Origin: Actinomycetota bacterium
GTDB taxonomy: Bacteria; Actinomycetota; Thermoleophilia; Gaiellales; F1-60-MAGs149
Assembly (NCBI GenBank): GCA_947481755.1
Contig: CANKHS010000001.1
Span: 1-39,148, forward strand
Direction: 5' to 3'
Length of the DNA stretch: 39,148 nucleotides
Every line of letters begins with the position of its first letter. The first letter of the stretch is position 1. The translations under genes were made by a program, and so were the position numbers. Of the stretch, positions 8,742 to 17,644 are shown in pieces. Under the pieces are notes generated by a model that worked only from the letters and a program-made list of their open reading frames with translations, ran no database searches and was not told the DNA's origin.

Positions 8742-9509
8742 ATGAACCCCGACTTTCTCGGTCTGCCACCACGTGTGACCAAGCCACGCAACGTAGGCAT
8801 CACGCACGTGATGGACAAGGGGCTCGGCCTCGCCGACATCGAGTCGATGATCGAGATGAGTGGCGATTACATCGATATCGTCAAGCTTGGCTGGGGCACG
8901 TCGTACGTCACCCCAATCCTGCGTAAGAAGCTCGATCTCTACAAGTCGCTCGGTATCCCCGTCGTCTGTGGCGGCACCCTCCTCGAGGTCGCCGAGGCGC
9001 GTGGACGCATCGAGGACTACCGCACGTGGTTGTCCACCCAGGGCTTTACCCACGTTGAGGTCTCTGACGGCACGATTGACATGTCGCGCGAGCGCAAGCT
9101 CGAGCTGATCAGCATGTTCGCCAAGGACTTCGAGGTCCTCAGCGAGGTCGGCTCGAAAGACGCCGAGGAGATCTACGCGCCATACCAGTGGGTCGAATGG
9201 ATCAAAGAGGAGCTCGCTGCCGGCTCGTGGAAGGTCATCACCGAGGCGCGCGAGTCTGGCACCGCTGGCATCTTCCGCACTACGGGCGAGGTCCGCAGCG
9301 GCCTGATCGACGAGATCGCCCACGAAATCGATGTCACCTCGTTGCTCTTTGAGGCCCCCCAGAAGGCCCAGCAGGCGTGGTTTATTAAGCATTTCGGTCC
9401 CGACGTCAACCTCGGCAATATCCCTCCGGATGAGGCGATCCCGCTCGAGACACTGCGCCGGGGCCTGAGGAGCGACACGCTGTCGCTGATCCTCGGCCTC
9501 GAAAGCTGA
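8742..9509 (+). CDS. comA: Phosphosulfolactate synthase (ComA family)
   Basis: KPRNVGITHVMDKGLG, DYIDIVKLGWGTS, GGTLLE, VEVSDG, SEVGSK, VITEARESG, FEAPQKAQQ, NLGNI, LETLRRGLRSDT. Confidence 0.95.
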   Translation: MNPDFLGLPPRVTKPRNVGITHVMDKGLGLADIESMIEMSGDYIDIVKLGWGTSYVTPILRKKLDLYKSLGIPVVCGGTLLEVAEARGRIEDYRTWLSTQGFTHVEVSDGTIDMSRERKLELISMFAKDFEVLSEVGSKDAEEIYAPYQWVEWIKEELAAGSWKVITEARESGTAGIFRTTGEVRSGLIDEIAHEIDVTSLLFEAPQKAQQAWFIKHFGPDVNLGNIPPDEAIPLETLRRGLRSDTLSLILGLES

Positions 9510-9511
9510 CC

Positions 9512-10696
9512 ATGCCCGACGTGCTCGTGATCGGCTCGGGCGGTGCGGGACTCGCTGCTGCGCTGGCGGCGAATGATGCGGGTGCCTCGGTCGTGCTCGC
9601 CACGAAGTTGGGCGTGGCCTCGTGCAACACGGCGAAGGCGCAGGGCGGAATCCAGGCCGCCATCGGCGATGACGACTCGATTGAGACGCACTTTGCCGAT
9701 GTCATGCGGTCCTCGCACGACACCGCCGACCCCGTACTCGCCCAACGCCTCGTCGAAGAGGGTCCCACCACGGTGCGCTGGCTCGAGGAACTCGGCGTGG
9801 CGTTTACGCGCGAAGGCGACGGTTCGCTACGGATTGCCCGCTGTGGTGGTGCGACGCGCAAACGCCTACTGCAGGTTGGCGATCGAACGGGGCTGGCAAT
9901 CGCGAGCGCTCTGCGGGATGCCGTGACAGCGCGCGACGGCATCACCGTGCTGGACCACGCGCCGTTGATTGCCCTGGCAACAGACGGGACGGCACTGCTC
10001 GAGCGTGGTGGCGAGCAGTTCGAGGTTCGGGCCGGCGCCTTGATCTTGGCTGCAGGCGGCCGCTGCAAGCGCGAAGCCGAGGAGACCGGCGAGCTGTCGA
10101 CCAACGGTGACGGAGCAACCGGCGAGGTCGCCGCACTCGCAGTCGCCGTTGGCTGTGCCGAGCGCGACCACGACTCGCTGCAGCGACATCCCACTGGCGC
10201 CGCCTGGCCAGAATCGCTGGCGGGCTACGCCGTCCCCGAAACCACGCGCGCCTACGGTGCGCTGCTGCGCAACGCAGCGGGCGAGCAGTTTGTCGACGAG
10301 CTTGCGCCACGCGATGTCGTCGCCGAGGCGATCATCCGAGAGTGCGCTGACGGTCGAGGCATCACGACACCGACAGGTCGCCCAGCCGTTCACCTCGACT
10401 GCCGTCCCGTCGACCCCGCTGACGCCGAAATCTCGTTTCCGTACATGCTGCGTCGTTACCGCAAAGCCGGCCTCGACCCCTTGACCGAATTGATCCCCGT
10501 CTACCCCGTCTTGCATTACCAGAATGGTGGTCTCGTGATCGACGAAGACGGCGCGACCACCGTGCCCGGAATCTGGGCAGCGGGCGAGATTACCGGCGGC
10601 ATCCATGGTCGCAACCGCATGATGGGCAATTCCTTGCTCGACATTTGCGTATTCGGTCGCCGAGCGGGTGCGGCAGCGGCCGCCGCGGTGCGCTGA
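9512..10696 (+). CDS. FAD-binding protein of the succinate dehydrogenase/fumarate reductase/L-aspartate oxidase family
   Basis: IGSGGAG, AQGGIQAA, QRHPTG, ELAPRDVV, LHYQNGG, AAGEITGGIHGRNRMMGNSL. Ends without the C-terminal helical domain. Confidence 0.88.
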   Translation: MPDVLVIGSGGAGLAAALAANDAGASVVLATKLGVASCNTAKAQGGIQAAIGDDDSIETHFADVMRSSHDTADPVLAQRLVEEGPTTVRWLEELGVAFTREGDGSLRIARCGGATRKRLLQVGDRTGLAIASALRDAVTARDGITVLDHAPLIALATDGTALLERGGEQFEVRAGALILAAGGRCKREAEETGELSTNGDGATGEVAALAVAVGCAERDHDSLQRHPTGAAWPESLAGYAVPETTRAYGALLRNAAGEQFVDELAPRDVVAEAIIRECADGRGITTPTGRPAVHLDCRPVDPADAEISFPYMLRRYRKAGLDPLTELIPVYPVLHYQNGGLVIDEDGATTVPGIWAAGEITGGIHGRNRMMGNSLLDICVFGRRAGAAAAAAVR

Positions 10697-11766
10697 TGAC
10701 TGAGGTCTTGATCGTCGGCGCCTCCTTCGCTGGGCTTGCTGCCGCGCGAGAGCTCAAAGGGCGCGATGTCCTGATCGTCGACCGCTCTCCAATCGGCGCC
10801 CACCAGACCTCGGCCTGTGCGCTTCCACTACGCCTGGTGCGGTGGCTTGGCGCAGAGGAATCCGTCCTCTACGCCGAGTCGCGGATGCGCGTCGAGATTG
10901 GCGATGCGCAGTGGAACGTACGGCTCCCTGAGGAATTTGCGGTGATCGACTATGAGGCCTGCTGCCTGGCTATTGCTCAACAGACCGATGCGCGCTTCGA
11001 GCAGATCCGCGTGGTCGGGCGCGATGGAGCAACGGTACTCGGGTCCTCCGGCGAGCGGCTTGAGGCCGACTGGCTGATCGACGCCTCGGGCTGGCGGAGA
11101 GTGCTCGACCACGCCGGCCCAACCCGCGGCTCGCACCCAAGCCTCGTGATCGGCACCGAGGACCACGTGCCCACGGCCGCGGCTCCCCAAGCCGACGGTT
11201 TCGCCTTCTACCTCGAAAAGCATCTGCTCAAGTCGGGCTACGGCTGGTCGTTCCCCGCGGGCGATCATGTCCGTGCCGGCGTCGGCTCGTTTATCAAGGA
11301 GCCGCTGCAACCACCGATGGGCCGACTGCGCGAGCGGGACGACCTTGGCCCAGGCCGCGAGCACCACGGTGGCGCCATTGCCTGCATCCCACGCGATCCC
11401 GTCGTTGATGACGTGCTCTTTATTGGCGATGCGGCAGGACAGGCATTACCCGTCACGCTGGAAGGCATTCGGCCGGCCGTCTACTTTGGTGCCGGCGCCG
11501 GGCGCCTCGTGATGAGCGCCCTCGCGGGCGAGCTCACCTCGACACAGGCCCGTGCGCGCTACGCCGCGCTCCACGCCCAACACCTGGGTGGGTACGACCG
11601 CCTCAATCGCGTGCAGCGTTGGTACCGCTGGCTGCCAGAGTTTGCTCTCAAGCGGCTCGCCACAAAGGCCCTCGGTCGGCCTCACTCCGACGGTCGCGAG
11701 ATCAGCTTTCGCAGTACGCGCTACCTCGACGTACTGCGCGCCGAGCACTTACCAACCCTGCCGTAA
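10696..11766 (+). CDS. NAD(P)/FAD-dependent oxidoreductase, geranylgeranyl reductase-like
   Basis: LIVGASFAGLAAA, LIDASGWR, GYGWSFPAG, FIGDAAGQALPVTLEGIRPA. ATG overlaps the upstream TGA. Confidence 0.82.
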   Translation: MTEVLIVGASFAGLAAARELKGRDVLIVDRSPIGAHQTSACALPLRLVRWLGAEESVLYAESRMRVEIGDAQWNVRLPEEFAVIDYEACCLAIAQQTDARFEQIRVVGRDGATVLGSSGERLEADWLIDASGWRRVLDHAGPTRGSHPSLVIGTEDHVPTAAAPQADGFAFYLEKHLLKSGYGWSFPAGDHVRAGVGSFIKEPLQPPMGRLRERDDLGPGREHHGGAIACIPRDPVVDDVLFIGDAAGQALPVTLEGIRPAVYFGAGAGRLVMSALAGELTSTQARARYAALHAQHLGGYDRLNRVQRWYRWLPEFALKRLATKALGRPHSDGREISFRSTRYLDVLRAEHLPTLP

Positions 11767-11801
11767 GCACTGGTCTGGTGCGTTCGCGTACCCTCTGCAC
11801 C

Positions 11802-12281
11802 GTGTCTGCAGACTCGACTCTTCTGATCGCGGCCCTGGCTGCGCTCGACCCGATGCTGCTCGAGCAGGAGTTCACCCTGCTTGGCTACGGGCGCGGCTCC
11901 GCGCCACCGTCGCCTGAAGCACTCCTCGCGGAGGGTTTTAGTGCCCGTATCGACGACCCGCTTGAGACCACCTTTGTGCTGCGCAGCACGCTCGCAGACA
12001 CGCTCCCAGCCGCTGATACCCGGCAAGACCGCTTGCGCGTGATCCTGCTCGTCGCACCATTGCCCCCCGAACTTACGGGCTTCGCGTCGACGATCAGCGG
12101 CGCCCTCGCCGAGCGTGGTGTGCCGATCGTGTTGGTCGGTACGGCCTCGCGCGACCACCTGATTGTGCCCGACAGTGCGTGGCCCGAGGCCCTTGCCGTC
12201 CTGCGTGGATTGCGCGACGCCTCCCGCCGAATACTTGAGGCAACGGCTGACGATCAGCCGTTCGACGACAATCCCCTCTAG
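11802..12281 (+). CDS. ACT (CASTOR/ACT_7-like) domain protein
   Basis: LTGFASTISGALAERGVPI...SRDHLIVP...ALAVL ACT_7 pattern. GTG start 7 nt after TACCCT. Confidence 0.78.
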   Translation: MSADSTLLIAALAALDPMLLEQEFTLLGYGRGSAPPSPEALLAEGFSARIDDPLETTFVLRSTLADTLPAADTRQDRLRVILLVAPLPPELTGFASTISGALAERGVPIVLVGTASRDHLIVPDSAWPEALAVLRGLRDASRRILEATADDQPFDDNPL

Positions 12282-12291
12282 CATTGGTGTT

Positions 12292-13782
12292 GTGGAGCGA
12301 CTCGTTCGGATTCTGGCTGCTCTGCTGATGCTCGCACTGGTGGCTGGCGCTGCGGTCGTGTTCGTCCGCGCACAGGTCCTCAAAAGTGCGCCATCGCCCA
12401 TCATCGCGCCAAAGATCGCGAGCCCCACCTTCTCGCCCAACGCCGTCAAACCGAAGCGGCGTCAGGCGACACTAACCGTCGGCCTACGCAAGCCGGACAC
12501 GGCGACCGTCCTGATCTTCGACCTCAACGACAACACCATCGCGACCGTGCCCATCAAGCAAAAGGGACGAAATCTGCGTGCCTCGTGGGGCGGCATACTC
12601 GCCAGTGGGAAGCTCGCCCCTGATGGTCCGTATCGCTTTGCGATCTCGCTCAAGCAGCAGGAACGCATCATCCGCATACCCGACCCGATCATCCTCGACG
12701 CCACGCCTCCCGTCGTCACGTCCACTGCCAAGCCAGGCCAGCGCATTTCGCCTGGCCTCGATGGCGCTGCTGGCACCTACTCCTTCACGCTGAGCGCGGA
12801 CGAACCCGTACGTTTCCGACTTGACGTTCGGCAGATCCAAGCCAGTGGAACCGCCCGACTACTGCGCCGCGAGACTGCCCTCACGTGGACGCAGCGCAAG
12901 GAGATGCATTGGTCCGCCGACACCGGCAACCTGCCACTCAACAAGGTCGGCGAGTTCGTCGAGCCAGGCTCATACATCGTCGGCTGGCATGCCGAAGACC
13001 GTGGAGGCAACCTCGTCAACGCACCAGAGGTGGTCAAGCCGAACCAGCTCGCGCCGGCGCAGGTCGTCGGTGTCGAGACCGTGGCACTCACCCCAACGCT
13101 TCAACCCGTGACCCTGCTGGCCGACGTCACACTCGTGCGGCATCACCCGGGTGCAGACTTCCCTGGCGATGTCATCGCGCGGGCCAAGGGGGCACCCGGG
13201 GCAGCTGCGCTACCCCCTGCGGTCGCCGGTTTCTACGCCATCCAAATCTCTGGTGGAGGATGGCAGGCGTGGGCGCCCGAGGCGCGCGCTGGCCGCGCCA
13301 AGGTCCTCGTCATGGAGCCGTTGTACACGTGGCAGGCCAACAACCCGGGCGATTCCGATCTGTCTGGCTTCCCGGATGTTCCACCTGCTCCCCTGACGCT
13401 CGACCGCCCGTTTAGCCCCGGAATCGAGGCCGAGATCGCAAACATCGGTCGCACGGTTGCGGCAACCCATCGCAGCGGTGTGCGCACGGTGGGTGCCATC
13501 ACAGACCAAACGATTGAGGCCCGTGGCCTACCTCGCAGTGCCAAGGTCCTCGTCATTACCGCTGCTCCGGTCTGGACGCCTGGCCTGCTGGCTCGCCTCC
13601 GTGCTTTTGGGGCGCGTGGTGGCCAAGTCGTCATTCTCGATGCCGTCAGCCTGACGAAGAAGGCCACGCTCTCGGGTGGTGCACTCACCATCGTCGGCGA
13701 GGAGTCCGCGGACACCACGGCGCTCAATCCTTTAGCGTCGCTGAGCGCCATCCCGCTGGCCCGCTCCACGACGAGTCGTTAG
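12292..13782 (+). CDS. Exported protein with FlgD-type Ig domain(s) and a shortened dimethylformamidase-beta-like C-terminal domain
   Basis: N-terminal TM, FSPN, WGG...GKLAPDGPY, LDATPP. The C-terminal KVLVMEPLYTWQANN..D.D..GFPD..LDRPF resembles DMFase-beta family proteins. GTG start 7 nt after TAGCAT. Confidence 0.6.
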   Translation: MERLVRILAALLMLALVAGAAVVFVRAQVLKSAPSPIIAPKIASPTFSPNAVKPKRRQATLTVGLRKPDTATVLIFDLNDNTIATVPIKQKGRNLRASWGGILASGKLAPDGPYRFAISLKQQERIIRIPDPIILDATPPVVTSTAKPGQRISPGLDGAAGTYSFTLSADEPVRFRLDVRQIQASGTARLLRRETALTWTQRKEMHWSADTGNLPLNKVGEFVEPGSYIVGWHAEDRGGNLVNAPEVVKPNQLAPAQVVGVETVALTPTLQPVTLLADVTLVRHHPGADFPGDVIARAKGAPGAAALPPAVAGFYAIQISGGGWQAWAPEARAGRAKVLVMEPLYTWQANNPGDSDLSGFPDVPPAPLTLDRPFSPGIEAEIANIGRTVAATHRSGVRTVGAITDQTIEARGLPRSAKVLVITAAPVWTPGLLARLRAFGARGGQVVILDAVSLTKKATLSGGALTIVGEESADTTALNPLASLSAIPLARSTTSR

Positions 13783-13826
13783 TCGAATAGACGCACGCGA
13801 TGCGCCCTGCCCCGTACCATGCGGGT

Positions 13827-14939
13827 ATGCGCGTTCTGGTCACAGGCGGTGCCGGTTTTATCGGCTCGCACCTCGCCGACCGCCTGCTGGCTGCAGGCCA
13901 CCACGTGCGTGCGTTCGATTCGCTTGATCCGCAGGTCCACCCGCATGGGCCTCCGGACTATCTCGATTCGAACGTTGAGCTCGTTGTGGGCGACGTTCGC
14001 GACGAGGTTGCGCTCGGCAAGGCGATGGATGACATCGATGCAGTCGTCCACCTCGCAGCCGTCGTTGGCGTGGGCCAGTCGATGTACGAGATTCGCCGCT
14101 ACATGGATGTCAATACGGTTGGCTGCGCGGTCATGCTCGAGCAGTTGGTCGAGCGCCGCGAGCGAATCCAGCGTCTCGTCGTCGCGTCGTCGATGTCGAT
14201 CTACGGCGAAGGGCAGTACCGCAACGCCCGCACCGGTGAGGGTGGCCTCGCCCCGGGACTCCGCCCCGAGTCGCAACTGGCTGCACGACGGTGGGAACTC
14301 GAGACGTCGGCGGGGGATGCCCTCCTGCCAGAGCGCACAGCGGAGACCAAGCCGCTGCTCCCGACGAGTGTCTATGCCGTTTCGAAGCGCGACCATGAGG
14401 AACTATGCCTCTCGATTGGCGCGGCCTACAACGTGCCAACGCTCGCGCTGCGCCTCTTTAATGTCTACGGCCCACGCCAGGCGCTCAGCAACCCGTACAC
14501 GGGCGTCGCCGCCATCTTCGCGAGTCGACTCCTCAACGGTCATGCCCCGGTTGCGTTCGAGGACGGGCTCCAAACCCGCGATTTCGTGCACGTGACTGAC
14601 GTGGCCCGCGCCTTTCATCTGGCCACAGAATCGACTGCCACAGGTGCGGCACTCAACGTCTGCACCGGTGAGGCCTCGAGCATTTTCGATGTCGCACAGG
14701 GCCTCGCACAGGGACTCAACCTCGCAATCGAACCAGAGTTGGTCGGTCGTTATCGCGCCGGAGACATCCGCCACTGCATCGGCGATCCCACCCGCGCAGC
14801 CGAGCTGCTCGACTTCCGTGCCGAGGTGGAGGTCAAGGCTGGCCTCGGTGAGCTTGCGACCTGGCTTGCGGATCAAGAGGCCGACGATCACGTCGACCAG
14901 GCGATGGACGAGTTGCGTCAGCGAGGTCTCGAGCGGTGA
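13827..14939 (+). CDS. NAD-dependent nucleotide-sugar epimerase/dehydratase
   Basis: TGGAGFIGSH, HLAAVVGVGQS, ASSMSIYGEG, YAVSK, RLFNVYGPRQ, TRDFVHV. Confidence 0.95.
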   Translation: MRVLVTGGAGFIGSHLADRLLAAGHHVRAFDSLDPQVHPHGPPDYLDSNVELVVGDVRDEVALGKAMDDIDAVVHLAAVVGVGQSMYEIRRYMDVNTVGCAVMLEQLVERRERIQRLVVASSMSIYGEGQYRNARTGEGGLAPGLRPESQLAARRWELETSAGDALLPERTAETKPLLPTSVYAVSKRDHEELCLSIGAAYNVPTLALRLFNVYGPRQALSNPYTGVAAIFASRLLNGHAPVAFEDGLQTRDFVHVTDVARAFHLATESTATGAALNVCTGEASSIFDVAQGLAQGLNLAIEPELVGRYRAGDIRHCIGDPTRAAELLDFRAEVEVKAGLGELATWLADQEADDHVDQAMDELRQRGLER

Positions 14940-15904
14940 GCGCACGGCTCGCCGTCGCCATCGTCGCTCACAGCAATCGCGTCCTCCTGCTCGAGGCGCT
15001 CACCGCGCTGACAGGACCTGGGGCGCCCAACGAGTCCTGCTCGATTCTCGTGCTCGACAACGCCTCAGAGGACGGAACCTGTGCCGCCGTTCGCGAGGCA
15101 TACCCAACCGTCGAGTTGATCGAGCAACCCTTTCGTGCCGGCTTCGGCGCCAACCATAATCGGCTGCTCGCACACAGCACTGCCGACTATCACCTGATTC
15201 TCAACGACGACGCGACGGTCGAGCCCGGCGCACTCGACGCGCTCGTGGCGTATCTCGACGCGCACCCCGAGGTGGCCATCGCCGCGCCGGTCGTCATCTA
15301 CCCCGATGGGCGCCACCAGGCGACGTCGTTCCGCTTTCCCGATCCGGCGACGTGCCTGCGCAGTCTGGTCACACTCGGCCAGGCCGGGGTAGAGCAGCGC
15401 GTCACCGGGACACCAGCTGCCGTCGATTGGGCGAGCGGCTGTGCCCTCCTGGTGCGCCGTTCTGCGATCGAGGTCACCGGTCCGTTCGACGAGGGGTTCT
15501 ACATGTTCTCGGAGGAGACCGATCTCCAGCAGCGCCTGCAGCAGCGCGGCTTCGAGACTCATGTTGTGCCCCAGGCAGTCGTCCGTCACCACGTGCGCGC
15601 CTCAACCAGCGCCGATCCCTCGCGTCGGATCGTGGAGTTCTGGCGCGGTCGCCGTCGCTACTGGGCCAAGCACAACCCCGGCTTCTCCGGCACCACTGCG
15701 CGCGTCGCCTTGGCGGGCCAGTACGCGGCACTCAGTGGTCTCGCGCGACTACCCACCCTGCCGGGTCCCCTTCGGCGCCTCAAGCCGGATCTGCCGCGCA
15801 CCGAACTCGACCTCCATCTCCGCAATGCCCTCGAGGGGGCAACGGGGCCCGGGCTACGCGAGAGTGCGGCCGAGTGGAATGCCGCGCATGGAGTCTCGCC
15901 ATGA
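14936..15904 (+). CDS. GT2 glycosyltransferase (WbbL-like)
   Basis: VLDNASEDGT, GFGANHN, LILNDD, VDWASGCALLVR, FDEGFYMFSEETDL. Confidence 0.92.
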   Translation: MSARLAVAIVAHSNRVLLLEALTALTGPGAPNESCSILVLDNASEDGTCAAVREAYPTVELIEQPFRAGFGANHNRLLAHSTADYHLILNDDATVEPGALDALVAYLDAHPEVAIAAPVVIYPDGRHQATSFRFPDPATCLRSLVTLGQAGVEQRVTGTPAAVDWASGCALLVRRSAIEVTGPFDEGFYMFSEETDLQQRLQQRGFETHVVPQAVVRHHVRASTSADPSRRIVEFWRGRRRYWAKHNPGFSGTTARVALAGQYAALSGLARLPTLPGPLRRLKPDLPRTELDLHLRNALEGATGPGLRESAAEWNAAHGVSP

Positions 15905-16779
15905 ATGAGGTCGTACGCCTGGCGATTGGTGGTCCCGCAGCGATTGGCTCACGAGCGTCAGCAACGCTGACCGACCTGCTCGCGACGAGCGGGATCAGCG
16001 TCGCGCACACGGGGAGCGTGGTGCTCGACTGGCCGTCACAATCGCTGCCCTTCTCCGCCCCAGCCTGGGAGGCTCTCGACACGCTCGAGACCGATCCAAT
16101 CGCCTTCGCCTTCCACCATCTGACCGCACGCAGTACGACCGGCGTCTGGGCCAACCCCGTCGATGCCGTGCGAACACGCGTGGGCGACTGGGTCGCCGCT
16201 GAGCGTCTCCGCGTCACCCCGCCCTGGCCGGGTGGGGCCACGTGCGCGATCGCGCTGGTGCACGAGGCCCATGCGATTGCACCACCTCGGAGTGGTGTCC
16301 TGAGCAAACTCCGCCGCTCGGCACCTTCCAATCCCTTGGCCGCCTACACCCAGCTCGCAGCGATTGAAAAGCGGTACCGCGCTACGGCTGCACTACGTTC
16401 GATTGATTTGCTCGAACCGGAACAGCAGGCACGCATCCGCATGCTTGGCTTCTCGCTTGGAGCCGGTGTGGGCATTCAGATTGCTGGCCGTCCCGGCTTT
16501 CGCCGCGGTACCGCATTTCCAAGCCGAGGCTACGACACCGCCAGCGAACGTCCAACCGACACGATCGAGTTTCCGCTCCTCGACGATGCCGTCTCTGATG
16601 GTTTGGCAGCGCTACTCGCCGTTGGTGGCGCCGCTGCACTGAGTGTGCCGATGGAGCGCTTTAGTGGCGAGCATGGTCCCGCCGAACTCCTGCTCTACGA
16701 CGAGCTCCTCAGTCGACTCGAGTCGGTCGGTGCCTGGCTCACCACGCCTGAGGCGATCGCCGAACGCCTCTACGACTAG
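15901..16779 (+). CDS. Hypothetical protein, degenerate polysaccharide-deacetylase-like
   Basis: ATG overlaps the GT2 stop. PPWPGGATCAIALVHEAH and GFRRGTAFP resemble deacetylase-family motifs WP.G...LTHDVD and GFR.GT..P. Confidence 0.55.
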   Translation: MNEVVRLAIGGPAAIGSRASATLTDLLATSGISVAHTGSVVLDWPSQSLPFSAPAWEALDTLETDPIAFAFHHLTARSTTGVWANPVDAVRTRVGDWVAAERLRVTPPWPGGATCAIALVHEAHAIAPPRSGVLSKLRRSAPSNPLAAYTQLAAIEKRYRATAALRSIDLLEPEQQARIRMLGFSLGAGVGIQIAGRPGFRRGTAFPSRGYDTASERPTDTIEFPLLDDAVSDGLAALLAVGGAAALSVPMERFSGEHGPAELLLYDELLSRLESVGAWLTTPEAIAERLYD

Positions 16780-17069
16780 GCCTGTTCGAGCGGGGCCATC
16801 GTCAGACCATGCGCGGCGAGTTGCTCGTGGTAGAGCTCGGCGAGTTCCTGATGGCCTGTCCAGACGATCGCCTGGCCCGATTTGTGGATGCGGTTGGCGA
16901 AGCCCATGCCTTGGCGATAGTCAACGCCAGGCAGGACTGCGGCGAGCGAGCGAGCGACGCCCTCGAAGGTGTTGTGGTCATCGTTTAAGACGATCACGCG
17001 CCACGGTGGTCCGAGCCCTGTGCCTTCGCCTGTCTTGCGTCGCTCGATGACGTCGGGCGTCGTGGTCAC
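16776..17069 (-). CDS. clpS: ATP-dependent Clp protease adaptor ClpS
   Basis: PWRVIVLNDDHNTFEGV...IHKSGQAIVW...AELY...GLTM. Confidence 0.9.
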   Translation of the reverse strand: MTTTPDVIERRKTGEGTGLGPPWRVIVLNDDHNTFEGVARSLAAVLPGVDYRQGMGFANRIHKSGQAIVWTGHQELAELYHEQLAAHGLTMAPLEQA

Positions 17070-17644
17070 TCGGCGCCATCCGTCTCGAAGGTGGCGATCA
17101 AGGCGTCCGCGACAACCCGCATCGTGCGGCCCGTCTTCTGGCTCGCGGCCCGGATACGACGAAACGCCTCCTCCTCATCGATGCCGTCCTTGCGCATCAA
17201 GATCCCCTTCGCGCGTTCGACAGCCTTACGCGACGCCAAGGCCTCAGCCAGATCGGCCGCCTCCTCACGCAGCGCCTCAAGCTCCTCAAAGCGCGCCCGG
17301 GCCGTGTTGAGCGCTGGCAAGAGATCAACCTCGCGAAACGGCTTGACGAGATAGGCGAAGGCGCCGGCCTCGGAGGCCCGTGTAACGAGGTCCTGCTCCG
17401 CGTAGGCCGTCAGCATCACGATCGGTACGGGCTTACGGTCGGTAATCTGCCGCGCCGCCTCGATCCCGTCCAGGTGCGGCATCCGTACGTCCATCACGAT
17501 CAAATCAGGATCGTGTTCGACCGCCAGCGCGACGGCCTCTTCTCCGTCACGGGCCTCAGCGACCACCTCATGGCCCGCCTTCTCAAGCAGCGTTCGCACG
17601 TCGAGGCGAATGATCGTCTCGTCCTCTGCGATCAGGATCCTCAC
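17066..17644 (-). CDS. Receiver-ANTAR response regulator (PdtaR/EutV-like)
   Basis: RILIAEDETIIRLD, MDVRMPHLDG, AYLVKPF, and ANTAR segment RKAVERAKGILM...EEEAFRRIRAAS...MRVVA. Confidence 0.95.
   Translation of the reverse strand: MRILIAEDETIIRLDVRTLLEKAGHEVVAEARDGEEAVALAVEHDPDLIVMDVRMPHLDGIEAARQITDRKPVPIVMLTAYAEQDLVTRASEAGAFAYLVKPFREVDLLPALNTARARFEELEALREEAADLAEALASRKAVERAKGILMRKDGIDEEEAFRRIRAASQKTGRTMRVVADALIATFETDGAE

Noticed and set aside
14692..14713. Direct repeat TCGCACAGGG x2
   Set aside because: Coding repeat (AQGLAQG) inside the epimerase.
15352..15900. N-terminal extension of the 475-aa ORF
   Set aside because: Overlaps GT2 in another frame. ATG 15901 overlapping the GT2 stop is the plausible start.
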